Assembly (NCBI GenBank): GCA_022866545.1
Contig: JALHUO010000052.1
Span: forward strand, 1 to 35,490
Source of the DNA: Dehalococcoidia bacterium
Lineage (GTDB): Bacteria; Chloroflexota; Dehalococcoidia; GIF9; AB-539-J10
Reading direction: 5' to 3'
DNA: 35,490 nucleotides
The notes under the pieces were generated by a model that was not told the origin of the DNA, ran no database searches, and saw only the letters and a list, made by a program, of their open reading frames with translations. Numbering within the stretch: the stretch's first letter is position 1; every line of letters begins with the position of its first letter. Positions 1-10,401 of this stretch are shown in pieces. The translations under genes and the position numbers were made by a program.

Positions 1-2
1 AT

Positions 3-1196
3 CAAGAGGAGATCAAAGCTGATTCTGAATCACCATTATCCATTCTTGTCTTCAAAACCACAGCAGACCCCTATGTGGGCAAGCTCAGTTATTTTCGGGT
101 TTATTCAGGCGTTGTTTCTAGCAACTCCCAGGTTTGGAACGCCAACAAGAGTAGTATGGAACGGATTGGCCAACTTTTTACCATGCTGGGCAAGAATCAA
201 CAGACGGTGGCTCAAGTCACTGCCGGGGATGTCGGAGCAGTGGCCCGGTTGAGTCTAACCACCACGGGGGATACCCTCTGCGCCCGTGAGCATCCTGTGA
301 TACTCCCTGGTATCGAATTTCCTAAGGCCAATTTCGGCATGGCAATCCAGCCTCAGGCAAAAAGCGATTTGGACAAGATGAGCACAGTCTTACCCAGGAT
401 TTGTGAAGAGGACCCCTCTCTCCAAATACGGCGAGAGGCCGATACTAACGAGTTTATTATTTCCGGAGTTGGTGATAACCATCTGGAGATAACCAGGGAG
501 AAAATACGTCGCAAATTTGGAGTAGAGGTGAGATTAGATCTGCCAATGATTCCTTACAAAGAAACTATTACTACATCAACCAAGGCGGAGTATAAACATA
601 AGAAGCAGACCGGAGGACACGGCCAATATGGGCATGTCTTGCTAGAGTTGGAGCCTTTGCCTCGAGGTGGGGGATTTGAGTTTGCCAAGAAGATTGTGGG
701 AGGGGCAATACCCCACAACTATGTTCCCTCTGTAGAGAAGGGAGTCAATGAAGCCAAGCAGGAAGGAGTTCTCGCCGGATATCCCGTAGTTGATGTAAAA
801 GTGAGCCTTGTTGATGGTAGCTTCCATCCGGTAGATTCTTCAGACATTGCTTTTAAGATTGCGGGGGCACAAGCCTTAAAAAAGGGATTGTCTCAGGGAC
901 AGCCGGTATTGGTTGAGCCTATAATGAAACTTACTATAACCGTGCCTGAGTCGTATACCGGAGATATCACCAGTGACCTTAATACTAAGAGGGGACGCGT
1001 GCTTGGAATGAATCCAGGCAATGGCATCAATGTCATTGAAGCTCAGGCACCTTATGCGGAGCTGCTTCGTTATGCCCTGAATTTAAGGTCACTGACGCAA
1101 GGGCGCGGCAACTTTGTTATGGAATTTGGCCACTACGAAGAGGTGCCCGCCCATCTCAGTCAGAAAATCATCGCTGAGAGGAAGAACTCGGGTTAG
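3..1196 (+). CDS. fusA: Elongation factor G family protein, C-terminal part (5' truncated by window edge); likely stand-alone EF-G2-type paralog
   Basis: Frame open from base 3 (..LVFKTTADPYVGKL..); EF-G motifs EEDPSL, GVGDNHLE, KHKKQTGGHGQYGH, DGSFHPVDSS, LRSLTQGRG. Not followed by tuf. Confidence 0.93.
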   Translation, partial: QEEIKADSESPLSILVFKTTADPYVGKLSYFRVYSGVVSSNSQVWNANKSSMERIGQLFTMLGKNQQTVAQVTAGDVGAVARLSLTTTGDTLCAREHPVILPGIEFPKANFGMAIQPQAKSDLDKMSTVLPRICEEDPSLQIRREADTNEFIISGVGDNHLEITREKIRRKFGVEVRLDLPMIPYKETITTSTKAEYKHKKQTGGHGQYGHVLLELEPLPRGGGFEFAKKIVGGAIPHNYVPSVEKGVNEAKQEGVLAGYPVVDVKVSLVDGSFHPVDSSDIAFKIAGAQALKKGLSQGQPVLVEPIMKLTITVPESYTGDITSDLNTKRGRVLGMNPGNGINVIEAQAPYAELLRYALNLRSLTQGRGNFVMEFGHYEEVPAHLSQKIIAERKNSG

Positions 1197-1266
1197 CTGG
1201 CGGTTGCCGCCTGAACCTCGTCTGCTATCGTGGTGCCAAGTAATAGGTTTGCTCTCGGGGCGCGTT

Positions 1267-2268
1267 CTACCCAGCTAATAACCCCTTTAGCTTGTTAGTA
1301 AAGGCTGGTACCACGTCTTCGTACTTGCCCACCACTCCAAATTGCGCCTCCCTGAATATGTTTGCTTCAGGATCCTTATTAATGGCTATGATGTGCTTAG
1401 AACCCGAACATCCAGCGGTGTGTTGGCTAGCACCTGAAATAGCTATAGCAATGTATATATCAGGGGCAACAATTTTCCCAGTAAGGCCGATATGCAGCCC
1501 CTCTGACACCCAGCCATTATCAGCAGGAGGACGTGAAGCGCCGACCGCACCATGTAGCAAATCGGCTAGCTCCTTCAATATGGTCTGGAAAGGTTGAGGG
1601 CCGCCCATTCCTCTGCCTCCAGAGACAATTACAGGGGCATCCTCAAGCTTAATACCAACTGCCTCTTCCTTAACAGTTTCCAGCACCTTTGTCCGCACCT
1701 TCGACGTATCTATGTCAATCTTAGTGGGTATGACCTCTCCTTTTCTTGAGGCATTACGCTCCAACGGTGACATTGCCTTGGTTCTCACGGTAACCATCTG
1801 AGGCATAGACTCGCTGATAAATACAGCTTGAGCGTTGCCGCCGTAAACAGGGCGCGTTTGCACGAGCAATTTTGTCGCTGGGTCTATGCTTAGATTCAGA
1901 CAGTCTGTTGTAACGCTGGTACCCAATCTGAAGGCAAGGCGAGGAGCCGAGTCTCTGCCCATGGATGTTTGTCCGATGAGTATCACCAGAGGGGAAACAT
2001 CCCTGGCCAATTTTTCCGCGACTTGCATATAGGAATCAGCTTGGTATTCTTTGAGGGCAGGGTGTTCCACAGCATAAACCTTATCTGCTCCAAAGGCAAT
2101 TGCTTCTTTGGAAGCTTCGCCAACTTTGTCGCTGGCTAGCAAGCAAGATAGGTTTTCCTTTAACTCATCAGCAAGCTTCCTGCCACATCCCAGCAACTCG
2201 GCGGTAATGGAAGCTAACTTCCCATCTGCCAACTCACCACAAACTAATACACCTTTGTATTCAGCCAT
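1267..2268 (-). CDS. etfA: Electron transfer flavoprotein alpha subunit
   Basis: TRPVYGGN, IVSGGRG, GAVGASRP, IGLTGKIVAP, AISGASQH, AINKDPEANIF motifs. Confidence 0.95.
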   Translation of the reverse strand: MAEYKGVLVCGELADGKLASITAELLGCGRKLADELKENLSCLLASDKVGEASKEAIAFGADKVYAVEHPALKEYQADSYMQVAEKLARDVSPLVILIGQTSMGRDSAPRLAFRLGTSVTTDCLNLSIDPATKLLVQTRPVYGGNAQAVFISESMPQMVTVRTKAMSPLERNASRKGEVIPTKIDIDTSKVRTKVLETVKEEAVGIKLEDAPVIVSGGRGMGGPQPFQTILKELADLLHGAVGASRPPADNGWVSEGLHIGLTGKIVAPDIYIAIAISGASQHTAGCSGSKHIIAINKDPEANIFREAQFGVVGKYEDVVPAFTNKLKGLLAG

Positions 2269-2284
2269 TGTTTCCTCCTTGACT

Positions 2285-3085
2285 TTAGAGTAATTTGGCT
2301 TCCCTGAGCCGAACAGCCAGCTTAGCCCCAGCTTCCGCAGCAGTGTCTCCTCCGATTATTTCACACTTGGATTCCTTGACCGGCTGGAAGAGTTTATCTA
2401 ATTTGCTGCGCCTTCCCGCAGCGCCGAGTTTTGAAGGCTCGAGCCCGATATCAGCTGGTTTCCAAACGACGGGTTGTTTCTTGGCTGCTGCCATGATTCC
2501 TTTCAATGTGGCATAACGAAGTGCTCCTATCCCGCTGGTCACTACAATTACGGCGGGAAGCGTCACCTCAACTACCTGATAGCCGTCAGGGATAACTCGC
2601 TCAACCTTTGCCTTTCCAGCGGTGACTTCCACCTTGCGAGCTAACGTTACAGCCGGGATTCCCAGAATCTCGGCAACGCCCAGACCCACTTGCCCCGCAT
2701 CCCAGTCAGATGATTGTCTGCCACAGAAGACGACGTCGTATGTCCCTATCTTCCTTATTGCTGCGGCCAGGGCATTGGCAGTTGACCAGCTATCGCCATC
2801 TTCAAAAGCCTTGTCCTCGAGGAGGATAAGTTCATCAGCGCCTACGGCTAGAGATTTCTTAATCACATCGCGAACGAAGTTATTGCCCAAGCTGAGCGCC
2901 GTAATCTTGCCCCCCGCGGTATCCTTGATCTTGAGGGCAGCTTCTAAGGCAAATTCCTCATATTGACCAATTACAGGTTTCACCTCTGCTGGCAAGGTCA
3001 TTTTGTTGTTTACCACCTTAAATACAGCAGGTGGTGCCTCAGGATCAGGCACTTGTTTGCAGCAAACGATCATGTTAACTGCCAT
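2285..3085 (-). CDS. etfB: Electron transfer flavoprotein beta subunit
   Basis: CCKQVPD, ALEAAL, GRQSSDWDAGQVG, RYATLKGIMAAAKK; directly upstream of etfA; AGGAGG RBS. Confidence 0.95.
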   Translation of the reverse strand: MAVNMIVCCKQVPDPEAPPAVFKVVNNKMTLPAEVKPVIGQYEEFALEAALKIKDTAGGKITALSLGNNFVRDVIKKSLAVGADELILLEDKAFEDGDSWSTANALAAAIRKIGTYDVVFCGRQSSDWDAGQVGLGVAEILGIPAVTLARKVEVTAGKAKVERVIPDGYQVVEVTLPAVIVVTSGIGALRYATLKGIMAAAKKQPVVWKPADIGLEPSKLGAAGRRSKLDKLFQPVKESKCEIIGGDTAAEAGAKLAVRLREAKLL

Positions 3086-3120
3086 TTTCTAACCTCCTTG
3101 AAGAATTTTGGAGCCAAAGG

Positions 3121-3149
3121 ATGATATGGGAAAATCCGCCTTTTGTCAA
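3121..3149 (-). promoter_or_regulatory. Sigma70-type promoter for etfBA
   Basis: Minus strand TTGACA (3149-3144), 17-nt spacer, TATCAT (3126-3121). Confidence 0.7.
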
Positions 3150-3262
3150 TAAACGGAATCGAGTGCATTGGATATGATTGATTTTGGGGATTATGTGGCA
3201 ATAGTTACTTGCCTTGCGGAATTAGTGCTAAAATAGGCAAAAATCGTTATATAGAGCGTAAT

Positions 3263-4213
3263 ATGCAATCTCTGGGACAAAACGAATTGAATGTCCGCTC
3301 AATTGCCAATGGCAAGCTGACCTGGTTCTACATCGAAAAACCTACTCCGCAGGAAGTCGCATTCCTGGCCCAACGCTTTCATTTTCATCCTCTTGATCTG
3401 GATGACGTCCTCAGCCGCATACAGCGTCCCAAGATTGATGAGTATGAGGATTACTTGTTTATGGTGCTGCATTTCCCGGTATTTGATCAAGAGAATCGCA
3501 TAACCAGGCCCAGTGAAATAAATATCTTCGTTGGTGAGAATTACGTTGTGACCGTTCATTGCACTGGCGACCTCAAGGCGCTCGCTGCCTTCTTCCAGGA
3601 ATGCGAGGATGACAAGGAAAGTCGCGAACGTTACCTGGGACGAAGCTCGGGATTCCTTCTCTATCACATCATTGATAGATTGGTTGGCTCCGGTTTTCCT
3701 ATACTAGATAAAGTCACCCAAAATCTTGATGATATAGAGGATATTATCCTCACCAAGCCCGTTCCGGAGACTGTCCGCGAGATTTCCCTGGTTCGCCGAG
3801 ACCTTATTTCCTTCCGCCGCGTCATTCATCCCCAGATTGCGGTCATTGAGACTCTTGAAAGGGAAGAATATCCTTTCTTCAAGGAGGACCAGGAAGTCTA
3901 TTTTGGTGATATCGCTGACCACATTCGCAAAATCTGGGATGGGCTGGAGGACTGCAAAGAGGTCATAGATGGGCTTGCCGACACCAGCAATTGGCTAACC
4001 TCACATCGAATTCAGGAGATAATGCGGATACTGACTATCATAATGGGAATTCTGGCACCGCCTACCCTGATAGCCAGCATCTACGGTATGAATATCCCGC
4101 TGCCTGGTGGAGTAAATAGCGGAAGCCTTTTGCCGATGGGTATTTTGCTTGCTCTTATGGGGATTACAGCAGGAGCCATATTTTTCTACATGCGCCGTCG
4201 GAGATACCTCTAG
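3263..4213 (+). CDS. corA: CorA-family Mg2+/Co2+ transporter
   Basis: FHPLDLDD, QRPKIDEY, YGMN signature and two C-terminal TM helices; ATG 3263 preferred over TTG 3209. Confidence 0.93.
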   Translation: MQSLGQNELNVRSIANGKLTWFYIEKPTPQEVAFLAQRFHFHPLDLDDVLSRIQRPKIDEYEDYLFMVLHFPVFDQENRITRPSEINIFVGENYVVTVHCTGDLKALAAFFQECEDDKESRERYLGRSSGFLLYHIIDRLVGSGFPILDKVTQNLDDIEDIILTKPVPETVREISLVRRDLISFRRVIHPQIAVIETLEREEYPFFKEDQEVYFGDIADHIRKIWDGLEDCKEVIDGLADTSNWLTSHRIQEIMRILTIIMGILAPPTLIASIYGMNIPLPGGVNSGSLLPMGILLALMGITAGAIFFYMRRRRYL

Positions 4214-4252
4214 GTCGTCCAGCAAAATCAGTTACCTTTGTTCAAGCCAGCC

Positions 4253-4750
4253 ATGGAAATCAAGTTCGTTGCAGATAACAATGTGGGCAAACTGGCTCGA
4301 TGGTTAAGGCTGATTGGCTATGATACTCTGTTTTTTGAGCAAAAAGACGATGCTCAAATGATTAAGATAGCTCTTGGCGAGGACAGGGTGATTCTGACCA
4401 AAGATGCCCAGTTTACGAAAAGACGCCTGGTCGCAAATGGCACACTCAAAACCATACACATTGAACAGGATGACCCTAGGCTCCAGGTACAGGAAGTAGT
4501 GAGAACTTTGAAGTTAGATCATCATTTCAAACCCTTCTCGCTTTGCCTGGAATGCAATAGAGTATTGGTAGCTCGGGATAAGGAGGAGGTGAAAAATCTC
4601 GTTCCCGACCGCGTTTTTGAAACCCAAACTCAATACACACAATGTCCTGCCTGTCATCGTATCTACTGGCCGGGCACGCACTGGGAGGCCATGGGCAAGG
4701 AGTTACAAGACCTGCAAAGTGAAGGTGACGAAAATCATGCTTCTATCTGA
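4253..4750 (+). CDS. Mut7-C RNase domain protein (PIN-like plus Zn ribbon)
   Basis: FVADNNVGKLARWLRLIGYDT, RVILTKD, CLECN...CPACHRIYWPGTH. Confidence 0.88.
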   Translation: MEIKFVADNNVGKLARWLRLIGYDTLFFEQKDDAQMIKIALGEDRVILTKDAQFTKRRLVANGTLKTIHIEQDDPRLQVQEVVRTLKLDHHFKPFSLCLECNRVLVARDKEEVKNLVPDRVFETQTQYTQCPACHRIYWPGTHWEAMGKELQDLQSEGDENHASI

Positions 4751-4796
4751 CGCCGATCTTCGTAGAACTTAGATAGTGGCATGGATCAGATAGTAG

Positions 4797-4805
4797 TGCT
4801 ATACT
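4797..4805 (+). promoter_or_regulatory. Extended -10 promoter element upstream of coaX
   Basis: TGcTATACT about 40 nt upstream of coaX ATG. Confidence 0.45.
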
Positions 4806-4847
4806 CAGCCCACAATACTAGGAGTATACGAATAAAGCTAAGCACCT

Positions 4848-5618
4848 ATGTTATTAGCGATTGACATTGGGAATACCAGCATTGCCATAGGGGTTTTTGA
4901 AGGTGAGAAACTCCGTACTACCCGGCGCATGGCCACGAGTATTCAGCATATGGCAGATGAATATGCCACCTTCTTGCTCAATATACTGAATCACCAGGGG
5001 TTTTCTGCATCCGATATAAAAGAAATGGCCATGTGTAGTGTTGTTCCCCCACTAACAACCACATTTGTAGACCTGTCGCAGCGGTACTTTCATATCACAC
5101 CATTGGTAGTAGGAGCCGGAGTCAAGACTGGCGTGCGCATCCGCATGGATAACCCAAGAGAAGTTGGCGCTGACCGCATCGTTGACGCTGCCGCTGCCCA
5201 CCATCTCTATGGTGGTCCGGTGATCGTCGTTGACCTGGGGACAGCTACCACCTTTGGCATTGTCTCAAAAAAAGGCGACTACATTGGCGGTGTTATCGCC
5301 ACCGGCATCGCCACTGCCGCCGAGGCGCTTGTCACCAGAACAGCGCAGCTACCTCGTGTGGAATTGACCTGTCCCAAGCGTGTTATCGGGACTAACACTG
5401 TGGCTGCCATGCAGTCGGGCATTATCTTTGGCTATGTCGGGCTTGTGGAGGGTATGGTAGCTCGCATCCGAGACGAATTGGGGGAAAAGGCAATGGTGGT
5501 AGCTACCGGCGGTTATGCCGAACTCATCGCCAATGAAACAGCCGTGATTGATAAGGTAAACCTTGATTTAACTCTAATTGGATTGCGCCTGATCTACGAA
5601 ATGAATAAGGAGCAGTAA
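4848..5618 (+). CDS. coaX: Type III pantothenate kinase
   Basis: DIGNT, SVVP, GADR, DLGTATT, ATGG motifs. Confidence 0.95.
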   Translation: MLLAIDIGNTSIAIGVFEGEKLRTTRRMATSIQHMADEYATFLLNILNHQGFSASDIKEMAMCSVVPPLTTTFVDLSQRYFHITPLVVGAGVKTGVRIRMDNPREVGADRIVDAAAAHHLYGGPVIVVDLGTATTFGIVSKKGDYIGGVIATGIATAAEALVTRTAQLPRVELTCPKRVIGTNTVAAMQSGIIFGYVGLVEGMVARIRDELGEKAMVVATGGYAELIANETAVIDKVNLDLTLIGLRLIYEMNKEQ

Positions 5619-6832
5619 TGCTTAGAAGCAAAACCATAGTTCTGGGAGTGACGGGAGGCATTGCTGCCTACAAAGCGGCAGAGATTGCCAGCCAGTTGAC
5701 TCAGGCAGGGGCTAAGGTGAACGTAATTATGACTGAAGAGGCCGTCCAGTTCATATCGGCTGTTACCTTCCGGGCGCTTACAGGTAGGCCAGTAGTCACT
5801 GAAATGTTTGATTTGGCCTCTGAATTCAGTATTGAGCATGTCTCTCTAGCCAAAGCCGCCGATATAGTAGTCATTGCCCCGACTACCGCCAACATCATTG
5901 CCAAGCTGGCTGCCGGCATTGCTGATGAAATGCTATGCTGCACGGTATTGGCTACCAAGGCGCCGGTGCTTATTGCCCCAGCTATGGAAACCAATATGTA
6001 TACTAATCCTATCACCCAGGAAAATCTGTCTAAACTCAGGGCTCGCGACTTTGTGATTGTTGGTCCAGCCACAGGCTGGTTGGCCTCGGGCAAAGTGGGC
6101 TTGGGGAGACTCGCCGATATCAATGATATTATCGGCAGTGTTCGCCAGGTGTTGGGTAGGGGTGGAGACCTGACAGGCAGGCATATTGTGGTTACTGCCG
6201 GCGGCACTCAAGAACCTGTCGACCCGGTTCGCTACCTGAGCAACCGCTCATCGGGTAAAATGGGCTATGCTCTGGCTGAGGCAGCTCGCGACCGCGGAGC
6301 CAAAGTGACACTGATTTCAGCCCCTACTTCGTTGCCGGAGCCCGTAGGCGTTAATGTCATCCGAGTCTGCACAGCTGAGGAAATGCGTCAAGCGGTAGAG
6401 AATGTAACTCTCCAAGCTGATTCTCTAATTATGGCTGCCGCCGTAGCCGACTATCGCCCGAGAAAGAGAGCTAAAGATAAGATCAAGAAAGGAAAAGCCG
6501 GATTAACCTTAGAGTTGGAATGCACCTCGGACATTCTGGGCACTGTTAAGGGAGATTTCATTAAGGTAGGCTTCGCCGCTGAAAGCAGCAACGTATTAGA
6601 AAACGCCAGGGCAAAGTTAAAGCAAAAGAGGCTTGACCTAGTCGTAGCCAATGATATTACCGCTAGCGATAGTGGATTTGGCACCGATACCAATCGAGTG
6701 ACCATAATTGACCGCAAGGGCAAGATTGATAGCCTGCCTCTCCTCTCGAAACGAGAGGTTGCGGATAGGGTTTTGGATCAGGTGGCTGCGCTTTTGCCAA
6801 AGCCAAAATCCCGCCGGTCAAGCAAGTGTTGA
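5618..6832 (+). CDS. coaBC: Bifunctional phosphopantothenoylcysteine decarboxylase/synthetase
   Basis: GVTGGIAAYK, APAMETNMY, TAGGTQEPVDPVRYLSNRSSGKMG, GFAAES, VVAND; TAATG overlap with coaX. Confidence 0.96.
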   Translation: MLRSKTIVLGVTGGIAAYKAAEIASQLTQAGAKVNVIMTEEAVQFISAVTFRALTGRPVVTEMFDLASEFSIEHVSLAKAADIVVIAPTTANIIAKLAAGIADEMLCCTVLATKAPVLIAPAMETNMYTNPITQENLSKLRARDFVIVGPATGWLASGKVGLGRLADINDIIGSVRQVLGRGGDLTGRHIVVTAGGTQEPVDPVRYLSNRSSGKMGYALAEAARDRGAKVTLISAPTSLPEPVGVNVIRVCTAEEMRQAVENVTLQADSLIMAAAVADYRPRKRAKDKIKKGKAGLTLELECTSDILGTVKGDFIKVGFAAESSNVLENARAKLKQKRLDLVVANDITASDSGFGTDTNRVTIIDRKGKIDSLPLLSKREVADRVLDQVAALLPKPKSRRSSKC

Positions 6833-6895
6833 ATTTGTTCAGATACCAGGATTTGTTTTTGGCTGACAGCCGGCAGCTGAGATAGGTTAGAATCA

Positions 6896-9574
6896 ATGTC
6901 CGAGATACCCAAAGCTTACGAGCCAGGAAAGATAGAAGGCAAGTGGTATGATTTCTGGCTGCAAGAGCGCTATTTCACTCCGAAAATAGACCCTAACAAG
7001 AAGCCTTTTGTTATCGTTATGCCTCTTCCTAACGTCACTGGTGACCTCCACGTAGGACATGCCCTGTTTGTAACGCTGCAGGATATGATGACCAGGTGGC
7101 ACAGGATGATGGGGGAGCCTACCTTATGGTTGCCGGGAACCGACCATGCTGGTATTGCCACGCAGGTGGTTGTTGAACGGCAACTGGCAAAGCAGGGCAA
7201 AACCAAAGAAGAGATCGGGCGCGAAGAATTCACGAAACTGATCTTAAAATGGGCCGACAAGAACAGGCATGACATCAGGCACCAACAGCAGTTACTGGGG
7301 GCTTCCTGTGATTGGACCAGGGAGAAATTCACGCTGGATGAAGGTCCCAGCAGGGCGGTGCGGACTGCCTTCGTTCGTTTGTACGATAAGGGGCTAATCT
7401 ATCGCGGGGAGCGAATGATAAACTGGTGTCCCCGCTGCCGGACGGCCATCTCTGACCTCGAGGTAGAGCACAAAGATATTGTCGGACACCTTTATTATAT
7501 TCGTTATCCCCTAGCCCAAGGTAAGGGCTTCGTCACCGTGGCCACCACCCGACCAGAGACTTTCCTCGGCGACACAGCCGTGGCCGCAAATCCTGAAGAC
7601 AAGCGCTACAAGAATCTCATAGGCAAGAATGTCAACCTTCCCATCATAGATAGAGAAATTCCCATAATTGCCGATGCTGCTGTTGATACGCTTTTCGGCA
7701 CCGGAGCATTGAAAATAACTCCAGCCCATGACCCCACAGATTTCGAAGTGGCTCAGCGTCATAATTTACCACTGGTAGCTATCATGAACCCTGATGCCAC
7801 TATGAACGAAAACGCCGGTCCCTATCAGGGACTGGAAAGGTTTGCCTGTCGAGACAAGGTACTGGCCGACCTTAGAGACAGGGAACTTCTGGAGAAAATT
7901 GAGCCCTACTCTCATTCGGTAGGACATTGTTGTCGTTGCCAGACGATGATTGAACCTGCAGTTAGTCTGCAGTGGTTCATTCATACACAGCCTTTAGCTA
8001 AAACTGCCATCGAGGCTGTTAAAGACGGCAGGATCACGATAATTCCGGAACGGTTTACCAAGATATATTTTGACTGGATGGAGAACATCAGAGACTGGTG
8101 CATCAGCCGGCAACTGTGGTGGGGACACCGCATCCCGGTATGGTACTGTCATGACTGTGCTAAGGTAACAGCCTCGGTGGATGAACCAATGGCTTGTGTT
8201 CATTGCGGTTCAAAACAGCTCATCCAGGACCCTGATGTCCTTGATACCTGGTTTAGCTCAGCCCTATGGACACATTCTGCGCTGGGCTGGCCGGGGGACA
8301 CTGCTGACCTTCGCTATTTCTATCCCGGCTCGGTAATGGAAACTGGCTATGACATCCTTTTCTTTTGGGTGGCCAGGATGATCATGATGGGCCTGGAGAA
8401 CATGGGCGAGGTACCATTCCACCACGTCTACCTCCATGGGCTGATCAGGGATAAGGGTGGAGAGAAGATGAGCAGAAGCAAACTGCAAGCGAACGCTATG
8501 AGCCCCACCGAGCCCATAAGCGAATATGGTGTTGACGCTCTCCGGTTCGCTCTGACTGTAGGCAGTACGGCGGGTAACGATATGAGTCTCGGCCAAGATA
8601 AATTGCAGTCCGGCCGCAATTTCGTGAACAAACTGTGGAATGCCAGCAGATTTATCCTTCAGAGCCGGGAGGTTGAAAGGTTAGAGACTCGAACACCGGA
8701 ACTGCAACCGCAGAGAATGGAAGACCGATGGATTAATAGCCAGCTGAACCGCCTCATCAAAAGTGTCACCGAGCTGATGGAAGACTTTCAATTTGGTGAA
8801 GCCGAGCAGCAGATCTACGATTTTGTCTGGTCGAAGTTCTGTGATTGGTATGTTGAAATTGCCAAGATAAGACTTCGTAGCCAGTCGACTCCTTCGCCCC
8901 TGCCCTTCTTGACCGATACGTTGGAAAAAGCGTTGCGACTTCTACATCCTTTCATGCCCTTCGTCACCGAGGAACTATGGCAAAGCTTGAAGCAGCGCCT
9001 GTCTGGCGGCAGTAATATGCCAGCCTCCATAATGATAGCTCCTTATCCCGCTGCTGATGATAAGGCCTTTGCTCCAGAAGCGGAGCGGGTGATGGATTCC
9101 GTAATGGAGATTGTCCGCTCTATCCGCAACGTTCGCGCTCAACATAAGGTGAACCCAAACAAGTGGATCGAAGCCCGAGTTTATACTGGTGATCTTGTGT
9201 CGAGTCTTAGCGCCGACGTGAGCATGATAGAGACACTGGCTAAAGCTCGCCCCTTGACAATTCTCGATCGCCAGAAAAGGGAGTCCACCAAGGATAAAGA
9301 CCTGGTCCTGGTGTTGAAAGAGGCCGAAGTAGTTGTTCCTCTGGCGGGCATCGTGGACCGGCTGACCGAGGAACAACGACTGACAAAGGAAAGAGATGAA
9401 GTAACAGAAAGAATCGGTCAGCTTGAATCCAGGCTAAAAGACGAAGCCTTTCTAAGCAAAGCGCCAGCTCAAGTTGTGGAAAAAGAGACGCAAAAGCTTG
9501 CTATGCTTGAAGATAAATTGGAGAGACTAAACCAGGAACTATCTCAACCGAACTCATCGTCAGCTGAGAGCTGA
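6896..9574 (+). CDS. valS: Valine--tRNA ligase
   Basis: PNVTGDLHVGH, GTDHAGIATQ, ATTRPET, GTGALKITPAHD, DWCISRQLWWGH, KMSRS, C-terminal coiled coil. Confidence 0.97.
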   Translation: MSEIPKAYEPGKIEGKWYDFWLQERYFTPKIDPNKKPFVIVMPLPNVTGDLHVGHALFVTLQDMMTRWHRMMGEPTLWLPGTDHAGIATQVVVERQLAKQGKTKEEIGREEFTKLILKWADKNRHDIRHQQQLLGASCDWTREKFTLDEGPSRAVRTAFVRLYDKGLIYRGERMINWCPRCRTAISDLEVEHKDIVGHLYYIRYPLAQGKGFVTVATTRPETFLGDTAVAANPEDKRYKNLIGKNVNLPIIDREIPIIADAAVDTLFGTGALKITPAHDPTDFEVAQRHNLPLVAIMNPDATMNENAGPYQGLERFACRDKVLADLRDRELLEKIEPYSHSVGHCCRCQTMIEPAVSLQWFIHTQPLAKTAIEAVKDGRITIIPERFTKIYFDWMENIRDWCISRQLWWGHRIPVWYCHDCAKVTASVDEPMACVHCGSKQLIQDPDVLDTWFSSALWTHSALGWPGDTADLRYFYPGSVMETGYDILFFWVARMIMMGLENMGEVPFHHVYLHGLIRDKGGEKMSRSKLQANAMSPTEPISEYGVDALRFALTVGSTAGNDMSLGQDKLQSGRNFVNKLWNASRFILQSREVERLETRTPELQPQRMEDRWINSQLNRLIKSVTELMEDFQFGEAEQQIYDFVWSKFCDWYVEIAKIRLRSQSTPSPLPFLTDTLEKALRLLHPFMPFVTEELWQSLKQRLSGGSNMPASIMIAPYPAADDKAFAPEAERVMDSVMEIVRSIRNVRAQHKVNPNKWIEARVYTGDLVSSLSADVSMIETLAKARPLTILDRQKRESTKDKDLVLVLKEAEVVVPLAGIVDRLTEEQRLTKERDEVTERIGQLESRLKDEAFLSKAPAQVVEKETQKLAMLEDKLERLNQELSQPNSSSAES

Positions 9575-9580
9575 TAGCTC

Positions 9581-10282
9581 TCAGCCTTCAAGGGTGGAAT
9601 GGTAAACCCGCCTGGCTTTCAGGTCTGATATCTCGTGTAACTTCGTGAGGGCTTTCTTGGTGTCACTGGCCACACGGGATTTATCACGGGTCTTCATCCG
9701 GTATTTGAATAACCAGTAGGTAAATTCATTAAGCTCATTCAGTCTTATAGACCTGAGTTGAGGATAATGTCTCTCGCTTCTGAACTGCTTTAGAAGTGCG
9801 GCTTGAGTAGCACCATAAATACGCTGGTGGGCCTCGTCAACTACTCCGTTATCGTTGTTCAAACCTAAGACTCTCTTTTTCTTTCGTATCTCTTCAATCA
9901 CGGACAAAAGGAGAAACTGCTCCACAAGAATGCCATAGAAATAGTTGAGGTGGCCCCGATATTTAGAAGCACCGATTAGATTCTTGAATTCGTCTTTAGA
10001 TAATTCTACTGGCGGTATACCGAAGAAGAGAAGATTTATCCGCTCCTTTTCGGGAATAAGTTCGTCGAGCTCTTCACACAGCCTCTCTGTCAGGACCAGC
10101 CAATCGAAAGCTTCATTGTCAACAAGATACTGATAATGCCGTCCGGAGTAATCCTCTTCAGGACTACTCCATAGGCGAACGGCTTCGAGCAGGGCCACAT
10201 ACCAGTTCCTGCCTTCACCAATAGCATTTTTCAGTCCCTGGATTGCCTGAGTATCTCCGGTGGGCACTCCAGCCACCTCCAC
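9581..10282 (-). CDS. Hypothetical protein
   Basis: 233-aa ORF with natural composition filling the gap, convergent with valS; TATAAT upstream; no recognised motif. Confidence 0.75.
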   Translation of the reverse strand: MEVAGVPTGDTQAIQGLKNAIGEGRNWYVALLEAVRLWSSPEEDYSGRHYQYLVDNEAFDWLVLTERLCEELDELIPEKERINLLFFGIPPVELSKDEFKNLIGASKYRGHLNYFYGILVEQFLLLSVIEEIRKKKRVLGLNNDNGVVDEAHQRIYGATQAALLKQFRSERHYPQLRSIRLNELNEFTYWLFKYRMKTRDKSRVASDTKKALTKLHEISDLKARRVYHSTLEG

Positions 10283-10401
10283 AATTGTTGGGCAAAGTTA
10301 TATTATAGCTCCACCAGCCCGAGGGCTCAAGGCACAGAATCCTCTGGTGTGATCCGACGGTAGTCCTTGCCGTTACGAGTATATCTATAAGTTAACAGGG
10401 T

